Assembly (NCBI GenBank): GCA_011605725.1
Contig: JAAOZP010000017.1
Coordinates: 64,001 to 128,000 of the forward strand
Source of the DNA: Nitrososphaerota archaeon
Lineage (GTDB): Archaea; Thermoproteota; EX4484-205; JAAOZP01
DNA: 64,000 nucleotides
Reading direction: 5' to 3'
The position numbers and the translations under genes were made by a program. Below, in pieces: positions 29,281 to 39,482 of the stretch. Each line of letters starts with the position of its first letter. Within the stretch, counting starts at the first letter, position 1. A model generated the notes under the pieces. That model was not told the DNA's origin, did not search any database, and was given only the letters and a program-made list of their open reading frames with translations.

Positions 29281-29943
29281 GTGAAAGAAAGAATAATTGC
29301 AAAATTTATAAGAGAGGCCTACGATTACCTAAGCACCATGGCGGAAAGAGATCAGGAAGCTGAAGATGAGAAAACCGACTTCGATAAAATAATAGCACGT
29401 TACAGGATGGCTGTTTCAAAACGGGATGTAAAGGATACGGAGGAGAAGAAACCTACATCAGTAGTTGAAAAGAACATTCCTATGGAAATGCCAGTTAAGA
29501 AAGAAGAACCGATGATAACTGTTTCAAGACCTATTCAGAAAGACATCGTTACGGGCGAAGACACTGAGAAAATTTTCGAATGGGTTAAAGTTGTGGAAAG
29601 CGCTGTACAAAACTGCATCTCGCAATCCAAAGGATTGATTAGTTCAATAAGCGTATTGCTTCCCGACGGTATCACGTGCCTAAGCTTTGGCTCACGCATC
29701 GACATAGATGAAGACATTCTAGCCGCCTTCATAGGTGAGCAGTTTGAACTGTTCGAAAGCTACGGTAGCGTTCTGAAGATAGGTGAGGTAGAGGAGATAG
29801 AGTATACTGGGAAGAATAGTGTTGTCCTAATGAGATCAGGTGGTGGTCTAAGGCTGATGGCTCTGTTGAATGATAAACGTTACGTGAGACTGGCCAAGAT
29901 ATATTTGGAGAGAATGTTGAAAAGCATTCCGAGGCTTGAATGA
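29281..29943 (+). CDS. Protein with a C-terminal roadblock/LC7-like domain and a charged N-terminal extension
   Basis: SVLLPDGI...DEDILAA...LKIGEVEEI pattern typical of roadblock/MglB; low-complexity linker. Confidence 0.65.
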   Translation: MKERIIAKFIREAYDYLSTMAERDQEAEDEKTDFDKIIARYRMAVSKRDVKDTEEKKPTSVVEKNIPMEMPVKKEEPMITVSRPIQKDIVTGEDTEKIFEWVKVVESAVQNCISQSKGLISSISVLLPDGITCLSFGSRIDIDEDILAAFIGEQFELFESYGSVLKIGEVEEIEYTGKNSVVLMRSGGGLRLMALLNDKRYVRLAKIYLERMLKSIPRLE

Positions 29944-29952
29944 GAAACAGGT

Positions 29953-31152
29953 TTAGAACCCCGCTATTTCGTTAAAAGCCTTGCTCATTATTCTTAACCC
30001 ATTCCTTATGTTTTCAACAGAGTTGGCATAGCTTATCCTAACGTAGCCTTCCCCGAAAGACCCCATTGCTGACCCATGTAGCACTGCAACCCCATATTTT
30101 TCAAGCAGAATAGAAGCCAGTTTCAAACTGTTAATATTAGCCCTATTGATTATTTCCTTAACGTTGATAAATCCGTAGAAGGCTCCTCTAGGCCTAACCA
30201 TGTGGACACCATTCATTTTAGAGACTTCTTCAATAACAATCTCCCTCCTGGCAGCATATTGTTCAACCATCCGTTTGACAGCGCTAGAACCGTTTCTCAA
30301 GGCCTCTATCCCTCCTACCTGGATGAAGGAGGAAGGGCATGCCGTAATCAGGTTTAAGACGAGTTGAAGAGGCTCCGTCAAATGCTTCGGCGTAATCACG
30401 TAACCAAGCCTCCACCCCGTCATAGCATAGTATTTTGAGAAGCCGTCGACCACTATAGTGTTCTCCAGGTTTTCGTCAAACTGGATTGGAGAATAATGCT
30501 TCAAACCATCGTATATTATGTACCTGTACACCTCGTCGCTAACGACGTATGCACCAGCATCCTTAGCTATCTCAACAATACCTTTAACGTCATCCTTGCT
30601 TAAAACCGCTCCAGTAGGGTTTTCTGGAGAATTTATGATTATCGCCTTAGTCCTATCTGAAACAAGCTGGTTAACTTCCTCAGGAGTCATTCTAAACTCG
30701 TCCTCCTCCCTGAGCCTGACAGGCACAGGTTTCCCTCCGAAGAATCTCACCCCGCTCTCGTAAGCCGGGTAACCCGGGTTCGGATAAAGCACTTCATCCC
30801 CCTCCTCCACTATTGAAGCTAATGCTGCGAAAATAGCTTCCTTAGAGCCCAGTGTTACTGAAACGTTTTCAAAACATACTTCAACACCTAAATCATTAGC
30901 AGTCTTATCAGCAATTGCCTTCCTCAGCTCCAGCATGCCAGGAGTAGGAGTGTAATGTGTATTCCCATCTTTCAACGCCCTGATCGCAGCCTCCCTTATG
31001 TTAGCCGGCGTGACGAAATCAGGCTCGCCAATCTCTAGATGAATTATTCTTCTACCCTGTGTTTCAAGCATCTTTGCATTACCCAGCACTATGAAGGAGC
31101 TTTCGCCCTGTATGTTTAGGGCTCTTCGAGCAGCATTGAGTCTAGGTTTCAA
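29953..31152 (-). CDS. PLP-dependent class I/II (aspartate-type) aminotransferase
   Basis: IGEPDF, NSPENPTG, SDEVY, FSKYYAMTGWRLG; start moved to TTG 31152, which follows a GGAGG SD. Confidence 0.92.
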   Translation of the reverse strand: MKPRLNAARRALNIQGESSFIVLGNAKMLETQGRRIIHLEIGEPDFVTPANIREAAIRALKDGNTHYTPTPGMLELRKAIADKTANDLGVEVCFENVSVTLGSKEAIFAALASIVEEGDEVLYPNPGYPAYESGVRFFGGKPVPVRLREEDEFRMTPEEVNQLVSDRTKAIIINSPENPTGAVLSKDDVKGIVEIAKDAGAYVVSDEVYRYIIYDGLKHYSPIQFDENLENTIVVDGFSKYYAMTGWRLGYVITPKHLTEPLQLVLNLITACPSSFIQVGGIEALRNGSSAVKRMVEQYAARREIVIEEVSKMNGVHMVRPRGAFYGFINVKEIINRANINSLKLASILLEKYGVAVLHGSAMGSFGEGYVRISYANSVENIRNGLRIMSKAFNEIAGF

Positions 31153-31355
31153 TTTAACGCCGTCCTCCCAAGGAGGTGCTATTTCAACTTTTTCAAGCCT
31201 GATGAGGAAAAATATACGGTAAGGATACACGTAGCTGCTTTAGCTTCGCGCGCTACGGCAGAAAGGTTCGGATTTCCGGTTTTTAAGAGTCCTACAGGCC
31301 TTAGGATGGTTCCGATAAAAGCTTATTCGCCTCCCAGCTAAACTTATGTTTGGAA

Positions 31356-31664
31356 ATGGTGGTCGTATTAGAATTCAGCATAGTTCCGGTTGGAGAGGGG
31401 ACAAGCCTTTCAAAAATCCTTGCCCACGCAATAAGGGAGCTTGAAAAAATGGGGGTTAAGTACGAGTTAAGCCCTATGTGCACAGTTTTCGAAGCACAGA
31501 GTCTCGAGGAGGCTTTGAAAATAGTGAGGATTGCGCATGAGGCTGTTTTTAAACAAGGTGTTAAACGGGCCGTTACAATCATAAAAATAGATGATAGGCG
31601 GGATGTGGAGAGAAGCATGAAGGATAAAATTGACTCTTTGAAGAAGGCTGTTGAAGGCGTTTAA
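31356..31664 (+). CDS. MTH1187/YkoF-like thiamine-binding protein
   Basis: EFSIVPVGEGTSLS, L.PM.T, IKIDDRRD. Confidence 0.88.
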   Translation: MVVVLEFSIVPVGEGTSLSKILAHAIRELEKMGVKYELSPMCTVFEAQSLEEALKIVRIAHEAVFKQGVKRAVTIIKIDDRRDVERSMKDKIDSLKKAVEGV

Positions 31665-31713
31665 TACTTTCAACGGGAAAGCTTTTTATTTTAAACCGCT
31701 TAAAAGCAGGAGT

Positions 31714-32685
31714 ATGCTTAGCATGCTGAAGGTGTCAGGATCGAAGCCGATAAACGAGACCTACGATGTTATAATCATAGGCTCGGGACCTGCTGGTTTA
31801 ACCGCAGCAATATACACTGGCAGAGCGAGGCTGAAGACACTCGTCATAGCAGGCTCTTCTTGGGGAGGACAGTTAATGCTAACATCTCAGGTTGAGAACT
31901 ACCCGGGTTTTCCGGAGGGTATACTTGGACCAGACCTTATGAACAACATGTTGAAGCAGGCTGAACGATTTGGAGCTGAAATAGTTTTTGAAGACGCGGA
32001 AAGCGTGGATTTCTCCGGAAAGCCTTTAAAAGTGGTGGCTGGCGGAGTAGCTTACGAGAGTCATGCAGTAATAATCGCGACTGGAGCCTCTCCGAAGGAG
32101 CTTGGTGTAGAGGGGGAAGAAAGATTAAAGGGGAAAGGAGTTTCAAACTGTGCTGTCTGCGACGGTGCTTTCTTTAAAGATAAGACTGTTGTAGTCGTTG
32201 GTGGCGGCGACTCCGCGATGGAGGAGGCAATCTTCCTGACTAAGTTTGCGAAGAAAGTTAAGGTTATTCATAGGAGAAGCGAGCTTAGAGCGTCAAAGAT
32301 ACTGCAGGAAAGAGCATTTAGCAATCCAAAGATAGAATTCGTATGGAACAGCGTGGTGGAGGAGATTCTTGGAAAGGAGCATGTTGAAGGAGTAAGAGTG
32401 AAAAGGGTTGACACTGGAGAGGTGTTTGAAATTAAGTGTGACGGTGTTTTCGTGTCGATAGGGTATAGGCCCAACACTGAACTTTTTAAAGGATGGGTAG
32501 AGATGGATGAGAAAGGATATGTAGTTGCTAAAGATTTTACAGAGACCAGTGTCGAAGGAGTTTTCGTGGCCGGTGAAGCCAAGGACCACCGTTACCGCCA
32601 GGCTATTACTGCAGCAGGTGAAGGATGCCAAGCGGCACTGGATGCAATAAAATACGTTGAAGATATTAAAAACCGTTCTAAATAG
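31714..32685 (+). CDS. trxB: Thioredoxin-disulfide reductase
   Basis: IIGSGPAG, GGQL..T..VENYPGF, CAVCDG, GGGDSA.EEA, HRR, RQAITAAG; start uncertain (31714 or 31723). Confidence 0.93.
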   Translation: MLSMLKVSGSKPINETYDVIIIGSGPAGLTAAIYTGRARLKTLVIAGSSWGGQLMLTSQVENYPGFPEGILGPDLMNNMLKQAERFGAEIVFEDAESVDFSGKPLKVVAGGVAYESHAVIIATGASPKELGVEGEERLKGKGVSNCAVCDGAFFKDKTVVVVGGGDSAMEEAIFLTKFAKKVKVIHRRSELRASKILQERAFSNPKIEFVWNSVVEEILGKEHVEGVRVKRVDTGEVFEIKCDGVFVSIGYRPNTELFKGWVEMDEKGYVVAKDFTETSVEGVFVAGEAKDHRYRQAITAAGEGCQAALDAIKYVEDIKNRSK

Positions 32686-32808
32686 GGAGCGATGGGGCGC
32701 GCTAAAAACACCCTGTTTCTCTTAAAGCGTTAGAAAAGCTGGGAGTCACCTTAGCCCTGTCTAAGAGGGAGGGAAAAGTTTAAACTTAAACGCTAACAAT
32801 ACTCTATC

Positions 32809-33825
32809 GTGAAGGAGGCTGTTCTCTGGCATAAAGAAGGAGATAGATTAAGATGCGACTTATGTGGCAGACGTTGCCTAATAGCAGACGGGGCTTTAGG
32901 CGTATGCCTCGTAAGGAAGAATATTGACGGGAAGCTTTACAGCCTGAACTATGGCAGGCTTGTAGCTCTACACGTTGACCCGATTGAGAAGAAGCCGTTG
33001 TTCCATTTTCAGCCTGGAAGCTTCACTTTCTCAATAGCCAGCGCCGGGTGTAACTTTGCATGCAGGTTTTGCGATAACTATGATATAAGCCAGGTTTATC
33101 GTGACAGGAAGCTGGAGCAGGTTCTTGGCGAGGAATATACTCCGGAGGATGTTGTTAACCAGGCTTTGTCAGAAGGCTGCAGGATAATAAGCTATACTTA
33201 CACTGAGCCAACAATATTCTTCGAGTTCGCCTACGATACTGCCAGGCTTGCTCACGAGAAGGGTATTAAGAATACTTTCGTCACTAACGGTTACATGACG
33301 CCTGAAGCCGTTAAAATGATTGCACCATACTTGGATGCCGCTACCGTGGATTTCAAGTGCTCAGGAGACCCTGACTGCTACAAGAAGATAATAGGCGTAC
33401 CAGATGTAGCGCCAATATATGAGTGTCTGATCGAGATGAAGAAGCAGAATATTTTCATCGAAATCACAAACCTAGTTATTCCAGGATTTGACGATGAAAT
33501 GTCTAGTTTTAAGAATCTAGTCAAACGGATTAGAGACAATCTTGGTGACGAAATCCCCATACATATACTCAGGTTCTTCCCGGCGTACAGGTTCTCAGAC
33601 ATTCCAGAAACACCACTAGAAAGTCTTAGAAAAACATATGAAATCGCTAGGAAAGAAGGAATGAAATTTGTTTATCTAGGGAATGTTCCGGGTCAGGGTG
33701 AGAATACTTACTGTCCGAGCTGCGGAGAGCTTTTGATCGAAAGATTCGGATTGATGATGAGCCGTAACAGGCTTAAAGGAGACAAATGTCCTAAATGCGG
33801 GACAAAAATACCTGTCGTCATATAA
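32809..33825 (+). CDS. amrS: AmmeMemoRadiSam-type radical SAM enzyme
   Basis: N-terminal Cys motif, DPIEKKPLFHF, CNFACRFC, YTYTEP, C-terminal CPSC/CPKC. Confidence 0.9.
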   Translation: MKEAVLWHKEGDRLRCDLCGRRCLIADGALGVCLVRKNIDGKLYSLNYGRLVALHVDPIEKKPLFHFQPGSFTFSIASAGCNFACRFCDNYDISQVYRDRKLEQVLGEEYTPEDVVNQALSEGCRIISYTYTEPTIFFEFAYDTARLAHEKGIKNTFVTNGYMTPEAVKMIAPYLDAATVDFKCSGDPDCYKKIIGVPDVAPIYECLIEMKKQNIFIEITNLVIPGFDDEMSSFKNLVKRIRDNLGDEIPIHILRFFPAYRFSDIPETPLESLRKTYEIARKEGMKFVYLGNVPGQGENTYCPSCGELLIERFGLMMSRNRLKGDKCPKCGTKIPVVI

Positions 33826-33826
33826 T

Positions 33827-34477
33827 CTAGCTACTCGTAAATATGCCTCTTGATTCCAGGAGTTGTTTCACCCTCTTCTTTCTCGACAATTCCTCCCTTT
33901 CTATTTCCTCCAGCTTTGACATTATCTTCTTCCTCTGGAGAGAAAGACCCGGGATTAAAACATGATCCAATGCTTTAGACCTTATTTCTATCTTTTTAAG
34001 TTCCTTGGTTAAAAACCTCTGGCGAACAGAAAGGTTAACATAATGTATTAGAGTGGTTTTGAAAAACTCATGCATCAACTCTGAGACCTGGTCGAGACTC
34101 TCGCTCGTCTCGAAAGGAGAGTATCCTCTGTCCTCTATCTTCGGAAGGCTTTTAGAATAAGAGATCTTGGGCATTAAGACCCCCTTTAAATTGTCCCATG
34201 TAAGACCTACATCGTCCAGCCTAGTTGTGGCCGCTGCAGCCCTTTTTACAATGTCTTCACCAAGCTCTTCTTCAACCTTATCTAGAAGCCCGTATATTCT
34301 AGGTAATTCTGTGTTAATTTTTATCGCAATCCCTTTGAGCTCGTCTCTGTTTTTAAGAAGCTCTTGATTAAGCAGTTGATATCTTTGTTTCAGAATCCTC
34401 GAGCTTCTAAGAGCTACGTTGAGTAGCTTATTCAGCTTAATCAGTTCGTACCTCGTAGGTTTAAAGACTAGGCTCAT
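33827..34477 (-). CDS. atpD: A/V-type ATP synthase subunit D (divergent)
   Basis: KPTR.EL.KL, L..E.....R..AL.HVLIP, LEE.EREE. Confidence 0.85.
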   Translation of the reverse strand: MSLVFKPTRYELIKLNKLLNVALRSSRILKQRYQLLNQELLKNRDELKGIAIKINTELPRIYGLLDKVEEELGEDIVKRAAAATTRLDDVGLTWDNLKGVLMPKISYSKSLPKIEDRGYSPFETSESLDQVSELMHEFFKTTLIHYVNLSVRQRFLTKELKKIEIRSKALDHVLIPGLSLQRKKIMSKLEEIEREELSRKKRVKQLLESRGIFTSS

Positions 34478-35799
34478 TTTAGAACAGAAAGCACGTCTAA
34501 CCCGAGATTTAAGGTTTCATCTATGCTTCTCTCTTCGTAGGCTCCTTGATTGATAAACTTTCTTTCAAAAACCTCAGAGAATTTAACATACCTCCTCTCT
34601 TCAGCCGTTAGAGCATCTTCGCCGAGTATCGTTGAAAGCTCCTTATTTCTTAAGCCTTCAGCATACGCTGATAGAAGGCGCGTGTAAATCTCAAAATGGT
34701 CTTTCCTCGTATACCCTTCACCAACACCATCCTTCATTAACCTAGATAATGATGCTAGAACGTTCATAGGCGGATAAATCCCGGAAAGATGTAGACTTCT
34801 GTCTAGAACTATCTGACCCTCAGTTATGTATCCGGTTAAATCCGGTATAGGGTGAGTAATATCGTCGTCCGGCATACTTAATATCGGCATCTGCGTTAAG
34901 GAGCCGTTTTTCCCAGAAACTATTCCCGCCCTCTCATAAATGCTTGCTAAGTCAGTATACATATAACCAGGATACCCTCTTCTGCCAGGTATCTCTCCCC
35001 TAGCTAGGCTAGCTTCCCTTAATGCTTCACAATAGTTACTCATATCGCTCATTACAACTAGGACATGATACTCTTTTTCGAAGGCAAGATACTCCGCTAT
35101 GGTTAATGCGACCCTAGGAGCAATGATTCTTTCAATAGTTGAATCGCTTTGAAGATTCAATATGAACACTGTCCTATCCAACACATGTGCTCTCTCCAAC
35201 TCCACGCGGAAGAAATCTGCTTCCTCATAAGAAGCCCCAAGCGTCAGGAAAACAACCGCGAAGGATTCCTGTTTTTTCAGAAGCTTAGCCTGTCTAACTA
35301 TTTGGGAAACAATCGTGTTATGTGGTAGGCCATAGGCGCTGAAAACCGGCAGTTTCTGACCTCTTATCAGGGATGATAAACCATCTATGGCTGAGATCCC
35401 GGTTTGAATAAAATCCCTAGGGGGTGAACGCGTCACAGGGTTTATCGGGTAACCGTTTACATCAAACTTTTCGCCAAAAATATCCGGCCCACCGTCGATT
35501 GCGTTGCCCATACTGTTCAAAACTCTTCCGAAAACCTCTTCACTCACAGGGATTCTCAAAGTGTCTCCTGTAAATCTGACGTAGGATCTGCCTATTGAAA
35601 TTCCAGCTGTGCCCTGCATAACCTGAATAACAGCAGCCCTCCCTTCCACTCCTATCACCTGGCCGAGTCTAGTTTCACCATCGACATCTATTTCCACGAT
35701 CTCGTTCAGCTTCACGCCATGAACATTATCAACTATTATCAAAGGCCCATTTATTGCTACGATGCTCCTGTATTTTACTGGTTTAGCCATACTGAGCAT
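34474..35799 (-). CDS. atpB: A/V-type ATP synthase subunit B
   Basis: [46 protein letters not shown]. Confidence 0.97.
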   Translation of the reverse strand: MLSMAKPVKYRSIVAINGPLIIVDNVHGVKLNEIVEIDVDGETRLGQVIGVEGRAAVIQVMQGTAGISIGRSYVRFTGDTLRIPVSEEVFGRVLNSMGNAIDGGPDIFGEKFDVNGYPINPVTRSPPRDFIQTGISAIDGLSSLIRGQKLPVFSAYGLPHNTIVSQIVRQAKLLKKQESFAVVFLTLGASYEEADFFRVELERAHVLDRTVFILNLQSDSTIERIIAPRVALTIAEYLAFEKEYHVLVVMSDMSNYCEALREASLARGEIPGRRGYPGYMYTDLASIYERAGIVSGKNGSLTQMPILSMPDDDITHPIPDLTGYITEGQIVLDRSLHLSGIYPPMNVLASLSRLMKDGVGEGYTRKDHFEIYTRLLSAYAEGLRNKELSTILGEDALTAEERRYVKFSEVFERKFINQGAYEERSIDETLNLGLDVLSVLK

Positions 35800-37558
35800 T
35801 CACCGGTCTCTGCAGCTCTGAGAATTTTCCAATAATCCTTTCTTTAATCTGTGTCGCCGCATCAATCAACTTATCCAGAGGCAGACGCTTAAGCTCCAGT
35901 ATTTCCCTGTTTATATTTGGGTCAAGAGCCCTTTCTAAAGGAATGTTGTTTGAAACAGCTTCAAACAAATGTTCCCTGTAATAATCGATTACCTCGGCAA
36001 TCATAATGGTCTTTCTAGGATCCGAGTAAGCATCTTTTTCGTCGAGGGCGCTTTGCTTCAGAAAAGCCTCTCTAGTTAGTGTTGAGACCTCTATAACTGC
36101 TCTTTCACGATCACTTAGAGCACTAATCCCCATTAACCTTACTATTTGCATCAACTCGTCCTCCTCTCTTAAAATGCTTAACATATTTTCCCTGAGGATC
36201 TTCCATTTTTCGCTCACGTTCAACTCCCACCAGAAGGCGACGTTCTCCAGGTAAAGAGAGTAGCTTTGCAGCCAGTTTATAGCTGGGAAATGGCGTCTGT
36301 AAGCCAATTCTGAATCCAGAGCCCAGAATACTTTTACTGTTTGAAGAGTCTTCTGGGTAACAGGCTCGCTGAAGTCCCCGCCTGGTGGAGAAACCGCGCC
36401 CATTATCGTTAATGATCCTACCCTGCCGTTTAAAGTGGTGACCTTACCCGCTCTACTGTAGAAGCTTTGGAGACGTGAAGTAAGGTATGCGGGGAAACCT
36501 TCTTCCCCTGGAAGCTCTTCCATTCTTGAACTTAACTCTCTAAGGGCCTCAGCCCACCTGGACGTGGAGTCGGTGATTAAAACAACATTATAACCCATAT
36601 CCCTAAAATACTCGGCAAAAGTTATCCCTAGGAATATGCTTGACTCTCTGGCTGCAACAGGCATATTGCTAGTGTTGGCTATTATTATCGACCTCTCCAT
36701 TAACGGTCTACCGCTTCTCATATCAATCAGGCTCTTGTATTTCTCTAAAAGATCTGCCATTTCGTTACCTCTTTCCCCACAGCCGACATAAATCACCACA
36801 TCAGCGTCAACTTGCTTTGAAACCTGCTGTAGAGTCATCGTCTTACCTGAGCCGAATGGCCCGGGGATTGCTGCAGTACCTCCTTTAGCTATAGGAAACA
36901 TGAAATCTATGATCCTTACTCCAGTTATAAGCGGCTCATCAGGATCCAGTTTCTCCCTAAACGGCCTAGGAACTTTAACGGGCCATTCATGCGCCATCTT
37001 AACATCTAATACTTTTCCCTGAGAATCCTTAACCTCGGCTATCTTGTCAAGGATCGTGTAGTCTCCCTCGTTAGCCAAGTAAACCAGGTTCCCTCTAACA
37101 TTCGGGGGAACGAGAATCATATGCGTTAGTGATTTTGTCTCCTCAACCTTTCCAATCACCTCCCCTCCAAACACCTGGTTCGGAGGATTATCCACAGGTA
37201 TGAAACGCCATTTCTTCTCATGGTCAAGTCTTCTCGTACGCACACCCGCCTTAACGAATGAATCTGCCTGCTTAACAATTTCTTCAAGAGGCCTTTGCAG
37301 CCCATCGTATACTTGAGTCAACAAACCTGGACCAAGCTCGGCGGAAAGTAAACGACCTAGCGCTACAACCTTCTCCCCGTATCCGAGGCCACTAGTATCC
37401 TCATACACCTGTATGAAAACCCTGTTTACGCTAATTCTATTCACCTCACCTATTAAACCCTTTTCACCTATTAAGACAACTTCCCCCATGATAGGCGATG
37501 GAATGTCTTCAGCAATGACTACAAACCCCGAGACTTTTATAACCTTTCCTTCTCTCGT
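35783..37558 (-). CDS. atpA: A/V-type ATP synthase subunit A (catalytic), probable ACG start at 37558
   Basis: [42 protein letters not shown]; the conserved N-terminal [12 protein letters not shown] lies upstream of the first ATG (37489). Confidence 0.95.
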   Translation of the reverse strand, partial: TREGKVIKVSGFVVIAEDIPSPIMGEVVLIGEKGLIGEVNRISVNRVFIQVYEDTSGLGYGEKVVALGRLLSAELGPGLLTQVYDGLQRPLEEIVKQADSFVKAGVRTRRLDHEKKWRFIPVDNPPNQVFGGEVIGKVEETKSLTHMILVPPNVRGNLVYLANEGDYTILDKIAEVKDSQGKVLDVKMAHEWPVKVPRPFREKLDPDEPLITGVRIIDFMFPIAKGGTAAIPGPFGSGKTMTLQQVSKQVDADVVIYVGCGERGNEMADLLEKYKSLIDMRSGRPLMERSIIIANTSNMPVAARESSIFLGITFAEYFRDMGYNVVLITDSTSRWAEALRELSSRMEELPGEEGFPAYLTSRLQSFYSRAGKVTTLNGRVGSLTIMGAVSPPGGDFSEPVTQKTLQTVKVFWALDSELAYRRHFPAINWLQSYSLYLENVAFWWELNVSEKWKILRENMLSILREEDELMQIVRLMGISALSDRERAVIEVSTLTREAFLKQSALDEKDAYSDPRKTIMIAEVIDYYREHLFEAVSNNIPLERALDPNINREILELKRLPLDKLIDAATQIKERIIGKFSELQRPVNAQYG

Positions 37559-37565
37559 TGTGTTT

Positions 37566-37775
37566 TCACCTCCTCCTGGGGATCCTAATTAGAATCGGTA
37601 GATCCTTATCATAATCGTAAGGATAGTATTCGTCCGCCACCAGGAAGACGCAAACATCTTTGCTTTCCTTAACTATTCTTAAAACATCCTCCCTGCTTGC
37701 TACTACCTTTCCCCTTATTCCCGCTAACGAGAAAGCAACCACTGTTCTCTCATCACCTAAAACTTCTATTTTCAT
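37566..37775 (-). CDS. atpF: A/V-type ATP synthase subunit F (short, 69 aa)
   Basis: MKIEVLGDERTVVAFSLAGI, P.LI.IP; lies between C and A. Confidence 0.85.
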   Translation of the reverse strand: MKIEVLGDERTVVAFSLAGIRGKVVASREDVLRIVKESKDVCVFLVADEYYPYDYDKDLPILIRIPRRR

Positions 37776-37777
37776 TC

Positions 37778-38524
37778 TCAAACTACACCTCTTTTTCCAA
37801 TCATACATTCATGCGATACTATAAAGTCCATGAGTCCCGCGAACCCAGAATCATAGTTTTTACAAACACTACGATAGTAGTTTTGCAAGCTAATCCTATC
37901 TCTAACCCCATACAGTTCAAACATTCTTTCAGCCAGCTTCTGCTCGTTCATAAGGTCTTTAACAGACAGTAGCCCACATGGTATGAAGAATCTTTCAAAA
38001 TCCGAAACCCTCTTCAGGAGTCTTAGATTTAACAGATCCACCTTGACTGCTACGAGCATTTTAGCAAGCTCGTCGTCTGGCTTTTTGGGAAGAATGTTGC
38101 TAAACCATGAAAAGTAGAATTTATCAATGTTAGAGGCGAAATCGCTGTAACTAACAAGGTTTTCAAAATCCTCTCTCCTCATACCGTCGAAAGTATCTGA
38201 TAGAAGGCCCAGTAGTCCCGTTATGTCTCCATTGCTCACTATATCTAGCAATCTCTCTTTTCTAATCCTTATAAATGGTCTTGAGAATTCGTATCGAACA
38301 CCCCCAAGTATTTGTGCAATAGCATCCTTTATGTTTTCAAAATCATTTCTCAAAATCCACCATTCTACAAAGGGTCTCGCATCCTCCGGGAGGAAATCGA
38401 TCAGATTCAACAATCCAGAGTAAAGTATAGAAAGCCTCTCCCTTTCTCCTTCAGCTGAACGTAATCGAGTATCTAAAAAGGTTAACCTGGTTTCCACGTA
38501 GGAGTAATTACCAGTCTCCAGCAT
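37778..38524 (-). CDS. atpC: A/V-type ATP synthase subunit C/d (short, divergent)
   Basis: Y.YV.TR, DFENIK, IDKFYF, VDLLNL, FIP.G motifs; operon position. Confidence 0.7.
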   Translation of the reverse strand: MLETGNYSYVETRLTFLDTRLRSAEGERERLSILYSGLLNLIDFLPEDARPFVEWWILRNDFENIKDAIAQILGGVRYEFSRPFIRIRKERLLDIVSNGDITGLLGLLSDTFDGMRREDFENLVSYSDFASNIDKFYFSWFSNILPKKPDDELAKMLVAVKVDLLNLRLLKRVSDFERFFIPCGLLSVKDLMNEQKLAERMFELYGVRDRISLQNYYRSVCKNYDSGFAGLMDFIVSHECMIGKRGVV

Positions 38525-39146
38525 TCAGATCACCAAAAATAAGATTATAAAGTTCTTCTCTTATTGTTTTATACTGAAGTTTAATTCTATTCTCAATTGT
38601 TTCATCAACTTCTTGAAGGCTGTCTCCAGAAACTATTACTACCCCACCTACGGTTGTTAAATCCGGAATTATCTTAAACCTTTTTCCATCGTAAGGCTTG
38701 ATGAGATGTTTAACTATCTTCTCGTCTCTTTTGTCGATATGAAGAATTATTTCTTCTCCGCTAACCATATCGAGAGCATTGGCTATGGCTTTCGATAGAA
38801 AAGCCTTATAACGCTCCTCTTGCTCCCTTATCTTTTGAAGAGCAGAAATAGCGGCGGAGATTATAGAGTCGATTAAGCTCCACACATGGTCATAAACTCT
38901 TTTCCTATACTCCATTTTTATTTTTATAAGTTCCTGCTCCTTAAACCTTTCTAAATCCTCTACTCCTTGCTTGATTAATTTTCTTTTTTTCTCTTCAGCA
39001 TTTTTCCTAGCGCGGGCAATAATTTCTTCAGCATTCCTCCTCGCTTCGCTAAGCATTTTTTCTCTAACTTCTTCAGCCTGTTCCAGTATTCTTCTCGAAA
39101 TATTTTCAGAAGCCTTTAAAGTCGTCAGAATACTTGAGTCGTTCAT
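38508..39146 (-). CDS. atpE: A/V-type ATP synthase subunit E
   Basis: Long N-terminal coiled coil, GGVVI.S.D....D.TIE.R. Confidence 0.85.
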   Translation of the reverse strand: MNDSSILTTLKASENISRRILEQAEEVREKMLSEARRNAEEIIARARKNAEEKKRKLIKQGVEDLERFKEQELIKIKMEYRKRVYDHVWSLIDSIISAAISALQKIREQEERYKAFLSKAIANALDMVSGEEIILHIDKRDEKIVKHLIKPYDGKRFKIIPDLTTVGGVVIVSGDSLQEVDETIENRIKLQYKTIREELYNLIFGDLNAGDW

Positions 39147-39481
39147 GCCTCCAGCACCCTTTTTATAACCAGTTCAACACTCTCGTTTCTCTTATCGTTA
39201 ATGATTTTTTCAAATCTTTTTAAAAAACTTTGAAGTTTCTCTTCACAAGATTTTCTATAGTTCTCGATTTCACTCTCAACCTTCTTCTCATATCTCTTAA
39301 CCTCTTCCTCCGCCTCTCTGTCGGCTTCAACTTCTATTTTAACAGCTTCTTCCTCAGCCTCCAGTATTATTTTATCAGCCTCCTTCTTAGCATGTTCAAT
39401 AATGCTCTTAGCCTTCTCCTCGATTTTCATCAGGTTCTCCAATTCTCTGTAAAAATCTTCCTCCCGAATAAAAGTTGTCAA
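39143..39481 (-). CDS. A/V-type ATP synthase subunit H/G (peripheral stalk)
   Basis: 112-aa charged coiled coil (A..II..A..EA..I) ending V.LVI..V; inside the operon. Confidence 0.72.
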   Translation of the reverse strand: MTTFIREEDFYRELENLMKIEEKAKSIIEHAKKEADKIILEAEEEAVKIEVEADREAEEEVKRYEKKVESEIENYRKSCEEKLQSFLKRFEKIINDKRNESVELVIKRVLEA

Positions 39482-39482
39482 A

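Noticed and set aside
37509-37568. Selenocysteine or readthrough of the atpF TGA to restore a full-length F
   Set aside because: The TGA is part of the atpA SD, the extension overlaps conserved atpA codons, and the position is not a catalytic Cys site
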